A stretch of DNA of 64,000 nt from Fibrobacterales bacterium (GCA_051532055.1 JAOPTX010000004.1:141378-205377); one strand, 5' to 3'. Numbered from the stretch's first letter, positions 10,197 to 19,258 are shown. Made by a program: numbers and translations. The notes: generated by a model from the letters alone, not told the origin.

Positions 10197-12143
10197 ATGA
10201 GACATATTGATTTAGTTATAAACAGCGAAGGGACAAAAGTTGTCTGTAAAAGTGTTGCGCCAGGAACCAGTGTTGCTGATTTTCTTGATCGATTACAAGA
10301 CCTTCAAATTCGAGAAGGATTTTCTAATGATTCATTACAGGATATAATTGAACGGATAGATGCTGGGGGAGTAATTGAGCAGGATGTTCTTGTTGCTGAA
10401 GTTCCCTCTATTCAGGTAACATTGGCTATTACGGACACTCTACTTTCTTCTGATGAAGTGAACCAGCTTGGAACGGAATTGAGACGAGTCTATAAGTCAC
10501 TTATGAGTGATGATGGCAAAAAGAAAGCTGATTTTGTCTACTATCTTACTGGTCAAACGCCCTTTATTACCATTGGTAAAAGTCGGAAAAATGTGTATGG
10601 AATGGAAGTCATGGTTGATCTCGATAGTGATTTCTTACAGATAGACCCCGATGCATTTTCTGTTGATGAGCTGAGTGCTGTATACCAGCTTGTATCAAAA
10701 AAAGAGGGTTACGGGGTGCTGAATGATAGGTTGCATCTCAATATCATTGAACCGACGCTCATTAATGATGCTGAGACCGAAATGCATTATTATTTTCATC
10801 CGGCAGATTTTGGTCAGCAGAAACTCATACAGAGTTTTTTTAATAAAGCTGAAGAGGGTGTGTCGACTCTTGACCAAGGTGAAATTACTGCATTGCTTAA
10901 AGAAAACCTGTCTAAAAAAGTACTCTGTCGAAAAAGACGAGAATCGGTTCCAGGTCAAAATGGTAGAGTAGTGGTTCACTATATTCCTCCACGAGAACGA
11001 GATGTAGAGAATGATACAAAAGTAGATCATAAGGCATGGTCTCAATTCGACATGGTGTTTAAGGGCGAGATACTCTGTGAAAAACTGCCAGTTATAGAGG
11101 GAGTGGCTGGGGTTGATGTTATGGGGAATGTAATTCCTGTTGAACCGGTTGTGGATTGTGAGTTTACAGCGGGTGAAAATGTATTGATTGAAGAGCGCGA
11201 AAAATCGACTCTTTATAGAGCTGAAAAAGATGGGATTGTTACGATACAGGAACATGGATGTAGTATCAATACTAACTTACAAGTAGATGAGGTATCTCAA
11301 GAAACCGGAAATATAACCTTTGATCACTCGGTTGTTATAAAAAAAGATGTTAAAGAAGGCTTTTCAATTACGACAAAAGAAGATTGCATTATCGGCGGGA
11401 ATGTCGAGAATGGTGCAATAATAGAATGTGGCGGGAATTTAATTGTAAAGCGTGGTATTTTTGGTGATCAAACAATTGTTAAGGTGAAAGGCAATGCTGA
11501 AATAGGCTTTATACAAGAGAGCACCATTTCGGTAGATAAAAATATAATGGTGGATGGTTTTGTTTATCATGCAAAAATTTTTGCCGGTGAAAATATTGAG
11601 GTGAGTGGCAAAAAAATTGTGGGTGATAATAAAGGGAGTGTTATAGGGGGAGTATTAAATGCTTTTCATTCAATTACCATTCATTCGGTAGGTTCTCATT
11701 CAACAAAAACGGAGCTCTTTGCTGGGGTCAACATTGAAAATCTTAGGAACATGTATAATCTTCGTGAAAGCGTAACGTTTTGTGATACGCAGGTAGATAA
11801 ATTTAAAATGTTCCAAGGGGTGGACCTGATGTCCAAAGAGGCTGCTGTGAAAGTGGCGCAGATGAATACATCTGCAAAACAATTTGTAAAAACAGCATTA
11901 GAAAATATAAAAAAAATTCTTGCGAAAAAAAAAGAGCTCCAAAATGCTATGTCTATAATTGAAGGTCAGGTGTTTCATCCGCAATCTGATTCGTGTGAAA
12001 TAGAAATTATAAATCAAATTATACCTGATGTACATCTCCGTATTAGTACAGGACAATCAGTAATAAAAGGGAAAGATAAGGGAAGAAGTTATGCCTATGT
12101 GAATGGGCAGATCATTGCTCGAACAGTTATTAATAAAAAGTAA
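10197..12143 (+). CDS. FapA/DUF342 family protein (copy 1)
   Basis: PGQNGRV...VDHK...V.KGEIL..K.P...G..G.DV.G..IP, then beta-helix repeats (TGNI.F..SV.I..DV.EGF), a coiled coil and the I.PDV.L.I C-terminus. Confidence 0.85.
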   Translation: MRHIDLVINSEGTKVVCKSVAPGTSVADFLDRLQDLQIREGFSNDSLQDIIERIDAGGVIEQDVLVAEVPSIQVTLAITDTLLSSDEVNQLGTELRRVYKSLMSDDGKKKADFVYYLTGQTPFITIGKSRKNVYGMEVMVDLDSDFLQIDPDAFSVDELSAVYQLVSKKEGYGVLNDRLHLNIIEPTLINDAETEMHYYFHPADFGQQKLIQSFFNKAEEGVSTLDQGEITALLKENLSKKVLCRKRRESVPGQNGRVVVHYIPPRERDVENDTKVDHKAWSQFDMVFKGEILCEKLPVIEGVAGVDVMGNVIPVEPVVDCEFTAGENVLIEEREKSTLYRAEKDGIVTIQEHGCSINTNLQVDEVSQETGNITFDHSVVIKKDVKEGFSITTKEDCIIGGNVENGAIIECGGNLIVKRGIFGDQTIVKVKGNAEIGFIQESTISVDKNIMVDGFVYHAKIFAGENIEVSGKKIVGDNKGSVIGGVLNAFHSITIHSVGSHSTKTELFAGVNIENLRNMYNLRESVTFCDTQVDKFKMFQGVDLMSKEAAVKVAQMNTSAKQFVKTALENIKKILAKKKELQNAMSIIEGQVFHPQSDSCEIEIINQIIPDVHLRISTGQSVIKGKDKGRSYAYVNGQIIARTVINKK

Positions 12144-12167
12144 TGTTTTATAATTAAGTTGGGTGCC

Positions 12168-13064
12168 ATGAATACGAATGATCTTCTTGAAACGAATAGA
12201 CTGCTTACAGAAAAGGTAAGAGCGCTTGAAGAAGGGACTCAATATATGCAACAAATGCAGATGCAGATGGTGCAAAATGAGAGACTGATTGCTATTGGTC
12301 AATTAGCAGCTGGAGTTGCGCACGAAATTAATAACCCCTTAAGTTTTGTTACTCTCAATATTGATCATCTATCTGAATATGTACTGCAGATTCAAAACCT
12401 TGCAAAGGTATGGAGTACGAATGAAAGAGAGCCTTCTCTGAAAGATGTATCTCAATATGCTCCATTAGTTGGCTCTGCGGGTGATTTACAAACATTACTG
12501 AGTGAAACACAAGAGGGGATTGAACGAATAAGGGAGATTGTACAAAGCCTACGAGGCTTTTCACGAGTGGATACTGGCGATGGTGTTGTAGAAAATAATA
12601 TTAATGAGGGTATGCAGTCAACACTCGTTGTGGTACAACATCAAATTAAGCATGCAGCGGACGTCGAAGTGTACCTTGGTGATATTCCCCTTGTACCCTG
12701 TAATCTTGGTGAAATTAATCAGGTTTTTCTCAATGTTTTAGTTAATGCGGTAGCTGCTATTCAGAGTAGTCCTCATGAGCGGGGGCGTATTGGAGTAAGA
12801 ACTTTTGTACGAAATGAGAGTGTGGTGTGTGAAATAGAAAATAATGGCGACTCCATAGAAGAAAATATAGTTAAAAAAATATTCGACCCTTTTTTTACTA
12901 CCAAGCGAGTAGGTGAGGGGACTGGATTGGGACTGAGTATTTCACATGATATTATTGTAAATAAGCATAACGGATCGCTCTATGTTGATCGTTCTTTTAG
13001 CGAGGGAGTTCGTTTCGTAATTGAGCTTCCTATTGGAAAAATTCACCTGTTAGAAAGGGAATGA
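12168..13064 (+). CDS. Cytoplasmic NtrB-type histidine kinase with no sensor domain
   Basis: H-box GQLAAGVAHEINNPL, N-box QVFLNVLVNA, FDPFFTTK and GTGLGL. Only about 35 aa precede the H-box region. ATG 12168 was preferred over TTG 12159. Confidence 0.9.
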   Translation: MNTNDLLETNRLLTEKVRALEEGTQYMQQMQMQMVQNERLIAIGQLAAGVAHEINNPLSFVTLNIDHLSEYVLQIQNLAKVWSTNEREPSLKDVSQYAPLVGSAGDLQTLLSETQEGIERIREIVQSLRGFSRVDTGDGVVENNINEGMQSTLVVVQHQIKHAADVEVYLGDIPLVPCNLGEINQVFLNVLVNAVAAIQSSPHERGRIGVRTFVRNESVVCEIENNGDSIEENIVKKIFDPFFTTKRVGEGTGLGLSISHDIIVNKHNGSLYVDRSFSEGVRFVIELPIGKIHLLERE

Positions 13065-13065
13065 A

Positions 13066-13974
13066 ATGAGAAGAGTATTGTTTGTTGATGATGAACAGAG
13101 TGTTTTGAATGCCCTGGAGAGGACCCTGGAACTTACTAACTATGTAGGTACTTTCTGTACAAGTACAGCAGAAGCACTGCAGTATCTTAAAAATGAACCA
13201 TTTGGTTTGGTGATTTCGGATATGCGCATGCCCGAAATGGATGGGGTAACATTTATTGTAGAGGCGCATACGATAAATCCACTGGCGATTAAGTTAGTAC
13301 TTTCTGGGTATTCTGATGTAGAGTCAATTACTCAAGCGATAAACGAAGGTCATGTGTGGCGTTATCTCTCAAAAGATTTAAAAAAAGAGGAACTCCTTCT
13401 GAATTTGAATAATGCATGGGAGTTGTATGAAGAGCGGAGTGGACGTGCACAGCTTCTTGAAGAGTTAAATAGAAAAAATCAAGAACTCGAAAATATGAAT
13501 AATGTTTTAGAAGCAAAGGTTGCAGAGCGTACTTGGGAACTGAATGAGCGATCCGAGATATTGAGCGAATTACTCGAAGGTGGAGCTGTAGAAGAATTAC
13601 TTCAGAGAATTACCACTCTCGCAACTAAAATGTTTCATATTGATGAAATTTATGTGTCGGTTCCATTCTTAAATAAGACATTTTCTAGCATCAATACTGA
13701 GAGTAGCGTGATTTTGGATACGCTGGCTAAAAATGCTTTTGTTAATCAAAAGGTGTCAGTAGATGGAGCGGTCGCAGCAATTCCACTAGAAAAATCGGGT
13801 AAACAATTGGGGGTATTGGTTGTAAATAATAAAGACCATATACCGGTGACTAATATTCAAGAAAAGTTTGCGAGAATCGCAACGCTTATCAGTTTAGTAT
13901 TATACCAACAGAAAGTAATAGTAGACACGCCTGAAACCCTTAAAAATATAGATACCATACTGAGCGAGATGTAA
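13066..13974 (+). CDS. Response regulator: receiver, coiled coil and GAF-like C-terminus
   Basis: LFVDDE, ISDMRMPEMDG, LSGY and YLSK motifs; LEAKVAERTWEL coiled coil; AIPL..G..LGVLVV GAF-like strands. Confidence 0.88.
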   Translation: MRRVLFVDDEQSVLNALERTLELTNYVGTFCTSTAEALQYLKNEPFGLVISDMRMPEMDGVTFIVEAHTINPLAIKLVLSGYSDVESITQAINEGHVWRYLSKDLKKEELLLNLNNAWELYEERSGRAQLLEELNRKNQELENMNNVLEAKVAERTWELNERSEILSELLEGGAVEELLQRITTLATKMFHIDEIYVSVPFLNKTFSSINTESSVILDTLAKNAFVNQKVSVDGAVAAIPLEKSGKQLGVLVVNNKDHIPVTNIQEKFARIATLISLVLYQQKVIVDTPETLKNIDTILSEM

Positions 13975-15989
13975 TGGCTGACGAAATCCTACAGTTTAAA
14001 ATAAGTGAAGATGAGTATTCGGTTATGCTCGCCTCACTCTACCCAGAGGTAACACTTTCGTTAATTCGTGAAGAGCTTGCCCTCCTTGGAGTAACTGAAG
14101 GTATACAGATCGCAGCTATTGAAGAAGCAATCAAATCATGTTCAGGAGGGGGGACTGTACAAAATTTGATTGTTGCACGGGCAGGAGTATTTGGTTTAGA
14201 AATCGGCTATATACCTAAAGGGGAAAAAATTGGGTATACAGAACTCCAAGATTATGCGAAAACATTTAAATCGCTCTTTTCTTCTCTGAATAATCGAGAG
14301 GTTGTTAAACCATCGGCAAGCAAGTTGTATGATAATCTCCTGTTTTTGGCTCAAGGCCAAGCTGTTTTTCGGGTCGCCAAGACTATGAAAAATGTTCGGG
14401 GTGTTGAGATTGATGTTGATCCAGATAGTGATATTATCTCTTTGGATGAATCTATTGTTGTTGAAGATAAAGGGACTTTTTATGAGTGGTCGGCAGGTGA
14501 AGCAGGGTATCTCGTTTGTAATCTTCATAATGAATTGGCGTTATTTTCACCATATAACCCGAATAGTGATAAGACTCAACTCTTCTTTTTAGTTGAACCA
14601 GTAAGTGTAGGGGCCAAAGAGCAGCAGTTAGCGCTTTCTGAGTATTTAGATGAAAAGCTCATTAAGAAGCGGGGCCTTACTCTTCAAGAAGTATTAAATA
14701 ATCCAAAGGGTGACCTCTTGATTCGGAAACAGATAGATGTGATTCCAGGAAGAAACGCTGAGCTTGAGATTCTTGTTGAGAAAAAAAGAGTTGAGGTTAA
14801 AGAGAATGAGCAAGTTGATCATAAAGCGGTGAGTAGTTTTTTACATGTTAAAGAAGGGATTGCAATTGCCAAGAAAATTCAACCTAAGGAGGGGAAGGCT
14901 GGCATTGATATTTGGATGGAGAGTATTCCTGTTGAGCCTATTAAGGATGATGATTTTATTGTGGGCGATTTTATAGAGAGTACAGAGAAAGAAGGAGAAA
15001 TCGAGTATTGCACAACAGTTGAGGGAGTGCTCTATGTAAATGGTAAGACACTTATGGTCTCCGAGGGTCTTATTATCGAAGGAGACGTCAATGCAGAGAC
15101 GGGTAATGTTCGTTATGATAAAGATATTGTTGTAGAGGGGTCTGTTTTAGAGGGTTTTTCTGTTGAATCCGGGGGTAATATTTCCATACAAGGAAGTGTT
15201 GCCAATAATGCTCGTATTGATGCGCGTAAAAACCTTGAAGTATTGAAAGGAGTGTTTGGAGAGGCGACTTCGATCTACGTTAAAGGAAATGCAGAGATAG
15301 GGTTTGTGCAAGAAAGTATGGTGCGCATAGAAGGAGATTGCCTTATTGATAGGTTTCTCTACCAAGCTCGAGTCTTTGTTGGGCGTGAGATTACTGTTTT
15401 GGGGAATAAGGTCAAGGTCCAGAAGAAGGGGGCGGTTATCGGAGGAGTGACCAATGCGGTACATGGGATGACATTGCATTCTGCTGGGTCTATTGCAACC
15501 AAGACGGAACTTATTGCGGGAATTGACATTCGGCTTCTTGAACAAATAAAAGAGCTTGAAGGGGCTCAAGAGGTTCTTGCGCAAAGCATTGTACAGCTAG
15601 AGGCGCGTGTTGGGATGGATCTCGCACGAAATGATTCAGTTGAACATCTCAGAACACTCGGAGAGGCTGATAAAGCTAAAATGAAAGAGAAGCTTGTTGC
15701 GCTGAAAGAATCAATGGATAAGCGAGAAAAAGTAGGCAAAGCTTTGGAGCAGCTTAAAGAGCGTTCTAAAGGAATGATCGCGGAAAGTCCGTTTATAGAG
15801 GTGAAAACTAAAGTAATACCAGACCTGCTTATTCGCCTTGGGAGCAGCTTTAAAGAGATAAAGGAGGAATTGAACGGGATTAAATTCCGTGGACTCCATA
15901 AAGAAATTCTAGAAGAGAAAGACGGGGCCCTTATTCGAGAAGATGGTACGATTGTCTCGACGGAAAAACATAAAAAAACTGAGGAATAG
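13974..15989 (+). CDS. FapA/DUF342 family protein (copy 2)
   Basis: Same motif order as copy 1 (PGRNA..VDHK..G.AG.D...IPVEP, TGNV.Y..DIVV.GSV.EGF, KGNAEIGF.QES, GAVIGG, S.ATKTEL.AG). Start overlaps the previous stop (TAATG). Confidence 0.85.
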   Translation: MADEILQFKISEDEYSVMLASLYPEVTLSLIREELALLGVTEGIQIAAIEEAIKSCSGGGTVQNLIVARAGVFGLEIGYIPKGEKIGYTELQDYAKTFKSLFSSLNNREVVKPSASKLYDNLLFLAQGQAVFRVAKTMKNVRGVEIDVDPDSDIISLDESIVVEDKGTFYEWSAGEAGYLVCNLHNELALFSPYNPNSDKTQLFFLVEPVSVGAKEQQLALSEYLDEKLIKKRGLTLQEVLNNPKGDLLIRKQIDVIPGRNAELEILVEKKRVEVKENEQVDHKAVSSFLHVKEGIAIAKKIQPKEGKAGIDIWMESIPVEPIKDDDFIVGDFIESTEKEGEIEYCTTVEGVLYVNGKTLMVSEGLIIEGDVNAETGNVRYDKDIVVEGSVLEGFSVESGGNISIQGSVANNARIDARKNLEVLKGVFGEATSIYVKGNAEIGFVQESMVRIEGDCLIDRFLYQARVFVGREITVLGNKVKVQKKGAVIGGVTNAVHGMTLHSAGSIATKTELIAGIDIRLLEQIKELEGAQEVLAQSIVQLEARVGMDLARNDSVEHLRTLGEADKAKMKEKLVALKESMDKREKVGKALEQLKERSKGMIAESPFIEVKTKVIPDLLIRLGSSFKEIKEELNGIKFRGLHKEILEEKDGALIREDGTIVSTEKHKKTEE

Positions 15990-16126
15990 CCCTAATTCCC
16001 TATTAGAAGGCGTTTTGGGTAATAGGCTGTGTTAAAAAGCTTTTCAAAACCTTACAATTTTATAGATGATCACTCCTTTCAACTTCTAATAATATAGTTT
16101 TTGGGTAAAATAGATCATGGAATACT

Positions 16127-16375
16127 ATGAAGCCAAATAGAAATGACCTTATCGATGAGTTATGTCAGGAGTCCACTGGAGGGATTTCCTTGAGCGTAGT
16201 GATAGTGGTATTAGGAGTGTGTATATTGCTTATTGTGACGCTTTCCCTATTTTCAAATATTCCTACTTATGGATTGCTTGGCGTAGGTGTTGTGGTATTA
16301 GGGGGCCTTTATGGCTATGCACGATCTTTTTCTAAAAAAACATCTCAAGTAAAACGGGATATATTAGACTTATGA
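16127..16375 (+). CDS. Small two-TM hypothetical protein
   Basis: 82 aa with two hydrophobic helices. ATGA overlap with the next gene. Confidence 0.6.
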   Translation: MKPNRNDLIDELCQESTGGISLSVVIVVLGVCILLIVTLSLFSNIPTYGLLGVGVVVLGGLYGYARSFSKKTSQVKRDILDL

Positions 16376-17571
16376 AACAAATATTTCTCGTGGTGATTGT
16401 GCTGTTTTTAATTGGCTGTAGTAATGATTTTTATGGGGTTAATTCTGATGATGGCCCTAGTTCAAATAATAGCGAATTGGTCAACAGTCAATCTTCGGGA
16501 GTAGAACTGAGTAATACTACAGAACCGTTTTGGGTACAAGTAGAGGATAATGACTCGTTGTTGTTTGCACTTGCCAAAATAGAGGACAGGACGAGTGACT
16601 CGGTGAGAATGGTTGTGCATTCTTCTGGTAAAGGGGTCGCTATGATTGTTGACTCAGCTCGCTTTGCTCGATTTGAAAATTGTGATATGTATCTTTATAA
16701 TAGCTCTACGATGGACCGGAGCTTTATGAAAGAGATAATGGAGCCATTGCATCAACTTTTTCTTGATAGCTTTGATTTTGCGGTATTTGTAAATAACATA
16801 GAACGAAGAGGTGATTGTAGATATCGGGCAGCATTTAAAAATTTACAAAATACAACAGAGGGGATAGGAAAACAGCCATGGAATTTTGTACAAGAAGATT
16901 TTGTCAATAAGCGGTATCAAGGGTATATCCATATTCCCCAGCGAAACTATCTGTTGAGAGGGCCGATTTTACATGAGATAATCCATAATTGGGCGGATTA
17001 TGTTATTGATTCGTCTAAAACAAGTCATTGGGGGACATTAGGTGTTGGAGGGTATCTTGGTGGCTGGGACCCGCAAACTCTTGTAGAAGTGGATTCTGGG
17101 ACGTACTGTGCTGGGGGTCAACCTGGCTTTAAAAAATTTGCTACTGGTGGCGTCGCCAATAATATGGTCAAATATGCTCCTTTAGAGCTCTATTTGATGG
17201 GAATGTTACCAGCTGATTCGGTGCCTGAAATAGTGATACCACATCATTTTCGCTATAGTGCCATTGATACGAATCGAAGTTGTTTTACGGCGGACTCATT
17301 GGTTAATATGAGTATCGATGATATTATTGCTAAACATGGATCACGGGTCCCTGACTTTGAGAGTGCATCAAAACAGCTTTCAATGATATTTATTTTGGTC
17401 TCGTTAGAGGCGCCCACTGAGTTGGAATGGGATTATGTATTATCGACATCAGACTCACTTATCTCAAAAGATCCTCTCCCAAAGTATCGACAAAATTTCT
17501 ATTCGGCTACGGAAGGTCGAGGAGAACTTATTAGGCATAATCTTGTAGATATGATTCGAGAACTTCCCTAG
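16372..17571 (+). CDS. Lipoprotein, putative zincin metallopeptidase
   Basis: Lipobox LIGC, Ser-rich linker, and LHEIIHNW (HExxH) followed by SHWG. Confidence 0.7.
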   Translation: MKQIFLVVIVLFLIGCSNDFYGVNSDDGPSSNNSELVNSQSSGVELSNTTEPFWVQVEDNDSLLFALAKIEDRTSDSVRMVVHSSGKGVAMIVDSARFARFENCDMYLYNSSTMDRSFMKEIMEPLHQLFLDSFDFAVFVNNIERRGDCRYRAAFKNLQNTTEGIGKQPWNFVQEDFVNKRYQGYIHIPQRNYLLRGPILHEIIHNWADYVIDSSKTSHWGTLGVGGYLGGWDPQTLVEVDSGTYCAGGQPGFKKFATGGVANNMVKYAPLELYLMGMLPADSVPEIVIPHHFRYSAIDTNRSCFTADSLVNMSIDDIIAKHGSRVPDFESASKQLSMIFILVSLEAPTELEWDYVLSTSDSLISKDPLPKYRQNFYSATEGRGELIRHNLVDMIRELP

Positions 17572-17675
17572 AAAGAGTTTAAATGTTGAGGGGTGTTTTC
17601 ATAGGATTCCCATGCTGATAGTTGACTCTCTTTGTAATGTGTGGTACTATAAATGAGAATCTATGAGGTCATCTA

Positions 17676-18467
17676 ATGGAAGAGTCACGTATTCTCATTG
17701 TCGAAGATGTTGCACAAAATCGTGCGTTACTGAGGTCTACAGTATTAAAAGGTTTTGAACATGTATTCGAAGCAGCTAATGGTAAAGAGGCCCTTCAAAT
17801 ATTAGAAACTGAACGTTCGATTGATATAATTTTACTCGACCTTATTATGCCTGAAATGGATGGTATTGAGTTTTTGAGAAATGTAAATAATCGAGATAAA
17901 GATATTCCGGTGCTGGTGCTGTCATCAACATCAGAAGTGAAAATGGCTATTGATAGTTTGCGATTAGGAGCACGGGATTTTCTTGAAAAACCATATAACA
18001 AAGAGCTGATATTAAAGCGTGTAGAAGAGTTACTGAGTGATCGAGAAGATGTTCAACAATCTGATATTCTCTTTGTGGGAGAAGAATTTTCTTATGGAGA
18101 ACTTCAAAATGTTTTTGATGATAAAAAAGAAAATGTCTTTGTTGTATCTACATTTGAAGAGGCTGTAGAATTGTTAGAAAACGCCTTTTATGGCGTGATG
18201 ATTACCGATCTTTCTAATAACAAGGATGCTATTCGGCCATTTTTATCTGAGGTTCTGAATTGTCATCCCGATATCATTTCATTAGTTACTGCAAAAGAAG
18301 AAGATAAGCTCATGGTATTTGATCTTGTTGATGAAGGATTGGTACGTGATATGGTTCTTGATCCAGTTGATCTGAATGAGATGAGTATGACAGTAATGAA
18401 TGCTTTAGTATACCATCATGAATCACATCAACTTCAATTGCTCCGTATTAAAAATCTTGACTCATAA
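17676..18467 (+). CDS. Response regulator with two tandem receiver domains and no output domain
   Basis: REC1 is canonical (IVED, LLDLIMP, LSS, EKP). REC2 is degenerate (FVGE, ITDL, VTA, LDP). Confidence 0.85.
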   Translation: MEESRILIVEDVAQNRALLRSTVLKGFEHVFEAANGKEALQILETERSIDIILLDLIMPEMDGIEFLRNVNNRDKDIPVLVLSSTSEVKMAIDSLRLGARDFLEKPYNKELILKRVEELLSDREDVQQSDILFVGEEFSYGELQNVFDDKKENVFVVSTFEEAVELLENAFYGVMITDLSNNKDAIRPFLSEVLNCHPDIISLVTAKEEDKLMVFDLVDEGLVRDMVLDPVDLNEMSMTVMNALVYHHESHQLQLLRIKNLDS

Positions 18468-18625
18468 CTCTCATGGTAGGTGTGTAAGCTACAATTAGCA
18501 GGGCGTAGGGGAATATTAAAAAGTAATTATATCTATTTGCCTGCTTTTTATAGGTTGGCTATTTGGTGAAACTTTGATATACTTCTTATTAAATATTTGA
18601 AACATTCAGTTCTATCCAGGAGAAT

Positions 18626-19222
18626 ATGATGGCCACTAAGAAAGCTGCCAAAAAAGCAATTAAAAAAACTGTTAAAAAAGCAGTAAAAAAAGCAGTTAAG
18701 AAAGCTGCCAAAAAAGAAGTAAAAACGACTGTTAAAAAAGCGGTCAAGAAAGCGGTCAAGAAAGCTGCCAAGAAAGCTGCCAAAAAAGCAGTTAAAAAAG
18801 CAGTGAAAAAAGTTGAGAAAAAAGTAGTTAAAAAGGTTGTCAAAAAGGTCGCAGCAAAAACTGTTAAAGCTGTTGAAAAAAAAGTGGTGAAGAAAACGGT
18901 TAAAAAAGTTGTCGCTAAAAAAAGTGTTACTAAGAAGGCTGTTACTAAAAAACCTGCATCGTCAAATGCAGTATCAAAACCAACTCAATTTGAAATTTAT
19001 TCTCCTGACTCAAAAGATGTCTATCTTGCCGGGTCATTCAATGGTTGGGAAATGCTCAAAATGAAACAAACTAAAAGCGGTGTTTGGGCAACTAAAGTAT
19101 CTCTTCGAATTGGTGAGCATCAGTATAAATATGTATTCGAAGGTGTTTCATGGGAAATAGATCCTGCTGCACCAGCAATATCATCTGAACAAGGTTTGAA
19201 CAACCTTGTAATAGTAAAATAA
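18626..19222 (+). CDS. Histone-H1-like Lys/Ala/Val repeat region fused to a CBM48 (AMPK-beta-like glycogen-binding) domain
   Basis: 110 aa of KKxx repeats, then VYLAGSFNGW..M...GVW...L..GEHQYKYV...W..DP...NN. CAGGAG ribosome-binding site upstream. Confidence 0.85.
   Translation: MMATKKAAKKAIKKTVKKAVKKAVKKAAKKEVKTTVKKAVKKAVKKAAKKAAKKAVKKAVKKVEKKVVKKVVKKVAAKTVKAVEKKVVKKTVKKVVAKKSVTKKAVTKKPASSNAVSKPTQFEIYSPDSKDVYLAGSFNGWEMLKMKQTKSGVWATKVSLRIGEHQYKYVFEGVSWEIDPAAPAISSEQGLNNLVIVK
18638..18955 (+). repeat. Degenerate 12-nt coding tandem repeat (KKAV/KKAA/KKVV units)
   Basis: About 23 in-register tetrapeptide units, e.g. AAGAAAGCTGCC, AAGAAAGCGGTC, AAAAAAGCAGTT. Confidence 0.9.
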
Positions 19223-19233
19223 TCAAGAGGTTT

Positions 19234-19258
19234 ATAGGTGCCTGAGGGCACCTGTTAT
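19234..19258 (+). terminator. Possible terminator hairpin
   Basis: AGGTGCC-TGAG-GGCACCT just after the stop codon. The U-tract is weak. Confidence 0.45.

Noticed and set aside
18589..18843. Antisense ORF with FLTA/FLAA repeats that looks like a membrane peptide
   Set aside because: It is the reverse complement of the KKAV repeat. The sense ORF has a ribosome-binding site and a real domain.
18638..18955. Tandem repeats as a possible CRISPR array
   Set aside because: They are 12-nt degenerate coding repeats with no unique spacers, and no cas genes are present.
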